A stretch of 64,000 nucleotides of DNA from Steroidobacteraceae bacterium. Lineage in GTDB: Bacteria; Pseudomonadota; Gammaproteobacteria; Steroidobacterales; Steroidobacteraceae. Of this stretch, positions 60,273 through 64,000 are shown piece by piece. The stretch is taken from positions 5,896-69,895 of the forward strand of contig JBEKUL010000013.1 in assembly GCA_049515055.1 (NCBI GenBank). Direction: 5' to 3'. The notes beneath the pieces were generated by a model. The model did not search any database and had not been told where the DNA came from. It was given only the letters and a program-made list of their open reading frames with translations. Each line of letters begins with the position of its first letter. Position 1 is the first letter of the stretch. Both the position numbers and the translations under genes were made by a program.

Positions 60273-62564
60273 CTACGCCGCAATGGGCAGGCGCTCGGGC
60301 CGACCGATCGCGAAGCCCTGCAGATAATCCACCCCGATCTGGCGCGCCGCATCCATCGCGCTGGCGTCTTCGATCTGTTCGGCAATGACTTTGAAATTGA
60401 GCGTGCGCGCAAGCCGTATCATCGCGCTGACCATCGCCTGATTGACGGTGTCGCGCGCCAGATTCTTGAAGAAAGAGCCGTCGATCTTCAGATAGTCGAC
60501 CGCGAGATTCTTCAGATTGGCGAACGAGCCGATACCGCTGCCGAAATCATCCAGCGCGAAGCGGCATCCCATGCCGTGCAGCACGCCGACGAAGCGGCGT
60601 GCCTGCTCGAAATTGGCTACCACCGTGCTCTCGGCGATCTCGAAGCAGATCTGGGCCGGATTCGCGCCGGTCGAATCCAGGCACTCGACCACGAACTCGA
60701 GAAACTGTCCATCGGCGAGTGTCTGGCCCGAGATATTGATCGCGATGCTGCGCTTGGCATCGAGCGCGATCGCACCGCGGCCCAGTGCGGTCAGCGTCGT
60801 CTGCACGACCCAGCGGTCGATCAGGCCGATGAGCCGGTAGCGCTCGGCCGCGCGCAGAAACTCGAGCGGCACGAGCTGCTCGCCCAGATCATTGCGCAGC
60901 CGCACCAGCACCTCCATGGCGGGTCCTTCATCATTGGAAGGATAGGAGGCGACGATGCGCTGGCAATAGAGCTCAAAGCGGTTGTCGCGCAATGCAATCT
61001 GCAGCGTCTGCAGCCAGTGGATCTCGCCGGTCTCGCGCGCGAATATCTCATCGCGGGCCGAATAGATCGCCACATGGCTGCCCTGGCGCTTGGCCACGTA
61101 GCAGGCGGAGTCGGCGGCTGCGAGCGCCTCCTCGATGCTGCCGCTATCGCGCGCAAGCTCAACCAGACCGAGGCTGACCCCGACGCTGAAGATCTTGTCT
61201 TTCCAGACGAAGTTGTAATCCCTGACCGAGCGGCAGACATCGTCGGCAATCTGGCGTGCCTTATCCAGTGGGCAACCAACGAGCAGCATGCCGAACTCAT
61301 CGCCGCCGATGCGCGCCACGGTGTCTGAATCGCGCACCGCATCGCGCAGAATCTTGGCGATCTCGCGCAGCATCGCATCGCCGGCCACATGGCCACTGCT
61401 GTCATTGACGCTCTTGAAGCGATCCAGATCCAGGTAGCACAGCACGTGGGTGCTGTCACCGCGATGCGCGGTATCCAGGGCTTCCTGCAGCCGATGCTCG
61501 AATTCGCGCCGGTTGATCAAGCCGGTCAGTGCATCATGCGTCGCCTGGTAGGAGATCTGACGTGCGAGCCCGCGGATTTCCGTCACGTCATGCAGCAGCA
61601 CCACCGCGCCGACGCTCTCGCCGGTGTCCATGCGGATCGGCGCTGCGCTGAGCTCGATCAGCCGCTCGCCGGTGGCGGCGCGCACCAGCAACGGCCGGCG
61701 CGCGATGTTGAGCGGTGCGCCGGAGCTCAGCGCCTGGCGCACGGGCTCACCGAGGAGCTTGCGATCATTCTCCTCGACCACGCGCGCGAGCTCCTCGATC
61801 GGCTTGCCGGCTGCGGCGGAAGAATCCAGACCGAGCAGCCGCGCGGCGGCAGCATTGAGATACTCCACATGCCCGTCCTGGTCCGTCGTGACCAGCGCTT
61901 CGGACAACGAGTCGAGCGTCAGGCGTGCGCGCGAGCGGCGCTCCGGCGGCTGCAGCGCCTCAACGGTCTGCGTGGGCAGCACTTCAACGCCGAGGATCAG
62001 CAACGCGCGCTCGCCCTGGTGTTCGATCGGCCAGGTCGACAATTCCAACCGCGCGCCCTGGCCCTGCACGGCGGTGAGCTCGACTTCATAGCGCTCGGCG
62101 GTCTCTTCGCTGGCCAGGCGGCGGCGCAGATTATTGGCGACCAGCTCGGCATATTCGGGCAGCACGAATTCGTCGAGCCGGTGACCGAGCAATTCCTCAA
62201 CGCTGCGGCCCAGCAGACCGGCGAACTGCGGATTGGCGTAGCGTATGCCCGATGCGTGAATCAGCACTGCCTCGTGCAGGCGATCGCCCAGCGCTCCGAT
62301 CGGCGCGCCCAGCGGCGGCACCTGATCGGCGGCCAGCGCGGCACGCGCGATCAGATGATTGACCGCAGTGACCAGCGCTGCTAACTCCGGCTGATCGGTA
62401 TGCAGCTCGATGCGCGTCTTGAGGGAGCCGCCGATCGCAGTGCGCTGCACCTGCCGCGAGACCTCTTCGAGCGCGCCCAGTTGCCGCCGCTGCAAAAAGT
62501 ACAGCACGAGCAGCAATAGGGCAGCGACGCCGAACAAGAGGCAGAGCAGGGCGATAATCGACAT
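60273..62564 (-). CDS. membrane-anchored PAS-PAS-GGDEF-EAL cyclic-di-GMP signalling protein
   Basis: ORF 60273..62657 trimmed to ATG 62564 (MSIIALLCLLFGVAALLLLVLYF). There are two PAS-like regions. The GGDEF domain has an I-site (RDSDTVARIGGDEFGMLL). The EAL domain has FELYCQRIV, EVLVRL, DDFGSGIGSF and KIDGSF. Confidence 0.9.
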   Translation of the reverse strand: MSIIALLCLLFGVAALLLLVLYFLQRRQLGALEEVSRQVQRTAIGGSLKTRIELHTDQPELAALVTAVNHLIARAALAADQVPPLGAPIGALGDRLHEAVLIHASGIRYANPQFAGLLGRSVEELLGHRLDEFVLPEYAELVANNLRRRLASEETAERYEVELTAVQGQGARLELSTWPIEHQGERALLILGVEVLPTQTVEALQPPERRSRARLTLDSLSEALVTTDQDGHVEYLNAAAARLLGLDSSAAAGKPIEELARVVEENDRKLLGEPVRQALSSGAPLNIARRPLLVRAATGERLIELSAAPIRMDTGESVGAVVLLHDVTEIRGLARQISYQATHDALTGLINRREFEHRLQEALDTAHRGDSTHVLCYLDLDRFKSVNDSSGHVAGDAMLREIAKILRDAVRDSDTVARIGGDEFGMLLVGCPLDKARQIADDVCRSVRDYNFVWKDKIFSVGVSLGLVELARDSGSIEEALAAADSACYVAKRQGSHVAIYSARDEIFARETGEIHWLQTLQIALRDNRFELYCQRIVASYPSNDEGPAMEVLVRLRNDLGEQLVPLEFLRAAERYRLIGLIDRWVVQTTLTALGRGAIALDAKRSIAINISGQTLADGQFLEFVVECLDSTGANPAQICFEIAESTVVANFEQARRFVGVLHGMGCRFALDDFGSGIGSFANLKNLAVDYLKIDGSFFKNLARDTVNQAMVSAMIRLARTLNFKVIAEQIEDASAMDAARQIGVDYLQGFAIGRPERLPIAA

Positions 62565-62751
62565 CAAAGTCGTCTGTTCGCGCGATGCTTTCCTTGGGAG
62601 GAGGGCCAAGCTCCGCCATCGCCCGCATCGGCAGCATAGCGGACTCCCGGGTAGCACCCGGGCGATTTCACCATATCGTGACCACTACCGCTCTATGCAG
62701 ATCGGCCAAAAACACTTAACGTCACAGCGTGAACATACAGTATTACGTTCA

Positions 62752-63408
62752 ATGTTGACGCCAACAGCCCGCGAACGCATGGTCGAGCAGCAGGTGCGTA
62801 CCTGCGACGTGCTCGACGAGCGCGTCCTCGAGACGTTGCGCGTGGTGCCGCGGGAATTGTTCGTGCCCGAGCCCTGGCGCGAATTGGCCTACGCGGACTG
62901 CGAGATCGCTTTGCCTTGCGGCAAGCGCATGCTGCGGCCGCTCGTGGTGGGTCGCATGCTGCAGGCGCTCGCGCCTCGCGCTGGCGAGCAGGCGCTGGAA
63001 GTGGGCACCGGCACAGGTTATGTCTCGGCGTGTCTGGCGCGGCTCGGCGCGCGGGTGCGCAGCCTCGAGCTGCATGCGCAGCTGGCAACGCTGGCGCGCG
63101 CTAATCTGGGCACGATGGCCAGCGACGGCGGCGTTGAGGTGATCGAGTCCGATGGCATGCAGCTTCAGGAGCAGTCACGTTATGACATCATCCTGTTGAC
63201 CGCATCGCTGCCGATCTACCAGTCTCGATTCGAGCGCGCGCTGCGCCCTGGAGGGCGTCTGTTAGTCGTCGTTGGTAGCGGCGGCGCGAGCCAGTGGGCG
63301 AGTCTCATACGCCGGGCCAGCGAGCAGGCCTGGAGCAGCGAGCCGTTGTTCGAGACCTGCATCGAGACGCTCGAAGGCGCGCCCAAGCCTGCAGCGTTCG
63401 CTTTCTGA
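62752..63408 (+). CDS. protein-L-isoaspartate O-methyltransferase family protein (Pcm paralogue)
   Basis: ORF 62410..63408 trimmed to ATG 62752 (MLTPTARERMVEQQVRTCDVLDERVLETLRVVPRELFVP). The SAM-binding motif is ALEVGTGTGYVSACLA. Confidence 0.8.
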   Translation: MLTPTARERMVEQQVRTCDVLDERVLETLRVVPRELFVPEPWRELAYADCEIALPCGKRMLRPLVVGRMLQALAPRAGEQALEVGTGTGYVSACLARLGARVRSLELHAQLATLARANLGTMASDGGVEVIESDGMQLQEQSRYDIILLTASLPIYQSRFERALRPGGRLLVVVGSGGASQWASLIRRASEQAWSSEPLFETCIETLEGAPKPAAFAF

Positions 63409-63435
63409 CGGGGACATAACGCAGCGCCATCGTCC

Positions 63436-64000
63436 TTAAGCGCGAGCGGCGTGGGGCAACGTATCCATAAACCGCAGCAACCGGGCCAGCGCACCGCGAT
63501 GCGAATCAATGGCGGAGCGCGCTGCATCGCCCAGGCGCGCGCGCAAGTCCGCATCGGCGAGCAAGCGGGCCACCACTTGCGAGAGCTCCTGCGCATCGTG
63601 CACCGTGATCAGTGCGCCGCGCTGCGCTAACACCCGCGCAACGTCCGGGCTGTTGAACTGATGCGGCCCGGCGATCACGGGCAGGCCCAGCGCCGCGGGC
63701 TCGAGCAGGTTGTGACCGCCGACCGCAACCAGGCTGCCGCCGACGAAGGCCAGATCGGATGCCGCGTAGAACTCGAGCAATTCCCCCAACGTATCGAGCA
63801 GCAGGACTTCGAATGCTGAATCGTCTTGCGCGCCGTTGTACGCACCCATGTCAGAGCGGCGCAGACAGCGAAACCCGTGCTCGGCGACCGCCGCGGCCGC
63901 AGAATCGAAGCGCGGCGCATGACGTGGGGCCAGGATCAGCAGCGCCTGTGGCTCGCGCTCGAGCAGCTGTCGGTGCGCACGCAGTACCATCGACTCCTCG
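63436..64000 (-). CDS. waaA: 3-deoxy-D-manno-octulosonic acid transferase (WaaA/KdtA), C-terminal half; 5' end beyond window
   Basis: The frame is open to the window edge. The sequence LLILAPRHAPRF...LLDTLGELLEFYAASDLAFVGGSLVAVGGHNLLEPAALGLPVIAGPHQFN is typical of the WaaA C-terminal glycosyltransferase domain. Confidence 0.85.
   Translation of the reverse strand, partial: EESMVLRAHRQLLEREPQALLILAPRHAPRFDSAAAAVAEHGFRCLRRSDMGAYNGAQDDSAFEVLLLDTLGELLEFYAASDLAFVGGSLVAVGGHNLLEPAALGLPVIAGPHQFNSPDVARVLAQRGALITVHDAQELSQVVARLLADADLRARLGDAARSAIDSHRGALARLLRFMDTLPHAARA

Overview
This is a very GC-rich, almost gap-free stretch of core gammaproteobacterial chromosome. I found no mobile elements, CRISPR arrays, tRNA or rRNA genes, defence islands or compositional islands. 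I also did not find a convincing novel multi-gene system, and most of the window is ordinary housekeeping DNA.

Gene content in order:
- yacG (partial), a 126-aa unknown ORF, mutT, secA, an M23 peptidase, a DUF721/DciA-like gene and lpxC.
- A complete dcw division/cell-wall cluster: ftsZ-ftsA-ftsQ-ddl-murB-murC-murG-ftsW-murD-mraY-murF-murE-ftsI-ftsL-rsmH-mraZ.
- RNase P RNA, rsmI, lpoA, yraN, sspB-sspA, the cytochrome bc1 genes petABC, a DegS-like protease, murA and ibaG.
- kdsD-kdsC-lptC-lptA-lptB-rpoN-hpf-rapZ.
- yciH-pyk-pgk-gap-tkt.
- metK, an SAH riboswitch and ahcY.
- cpdA, a LON-domain protein, mpl, a membrane protein, rnd and adk.
- pfp-hppA, a PIG-L deacetylase, a PAS-GGDEF-EAL protein, a Pcm-like methyltransferase and a partial waaA.

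Notes on the ORF track: it accepts GTG and TTG starts. Many listed ORFs are either antisense shadows of real genes or N-terminally over-extended, so I trimmed starts using stop/start overlaps (ATGA, GTGA, TGATG) and conserved N-termini.

Most unusual observations:
1. mraZ and rsmH form one uninterrupted reading frame, which predicts a MraZ-RsmH fusion. It sits behind a textbook promoter with four 10-bp-phased TGGG-type MraZ operator repeats.
2. ptsN and npr are absent from the rpoN-hpf-rapZ cluster, and mlaFEDCB is absent next to ibaG.
3. A SUI1/YciH gene is start/stop-coupled to pyk.
4. A PPi-dependent phosphofructokinase sits next to a K+-independent H+-pyrophosphatase.
5. An SAH riboswitch lies between metK and ahcY.
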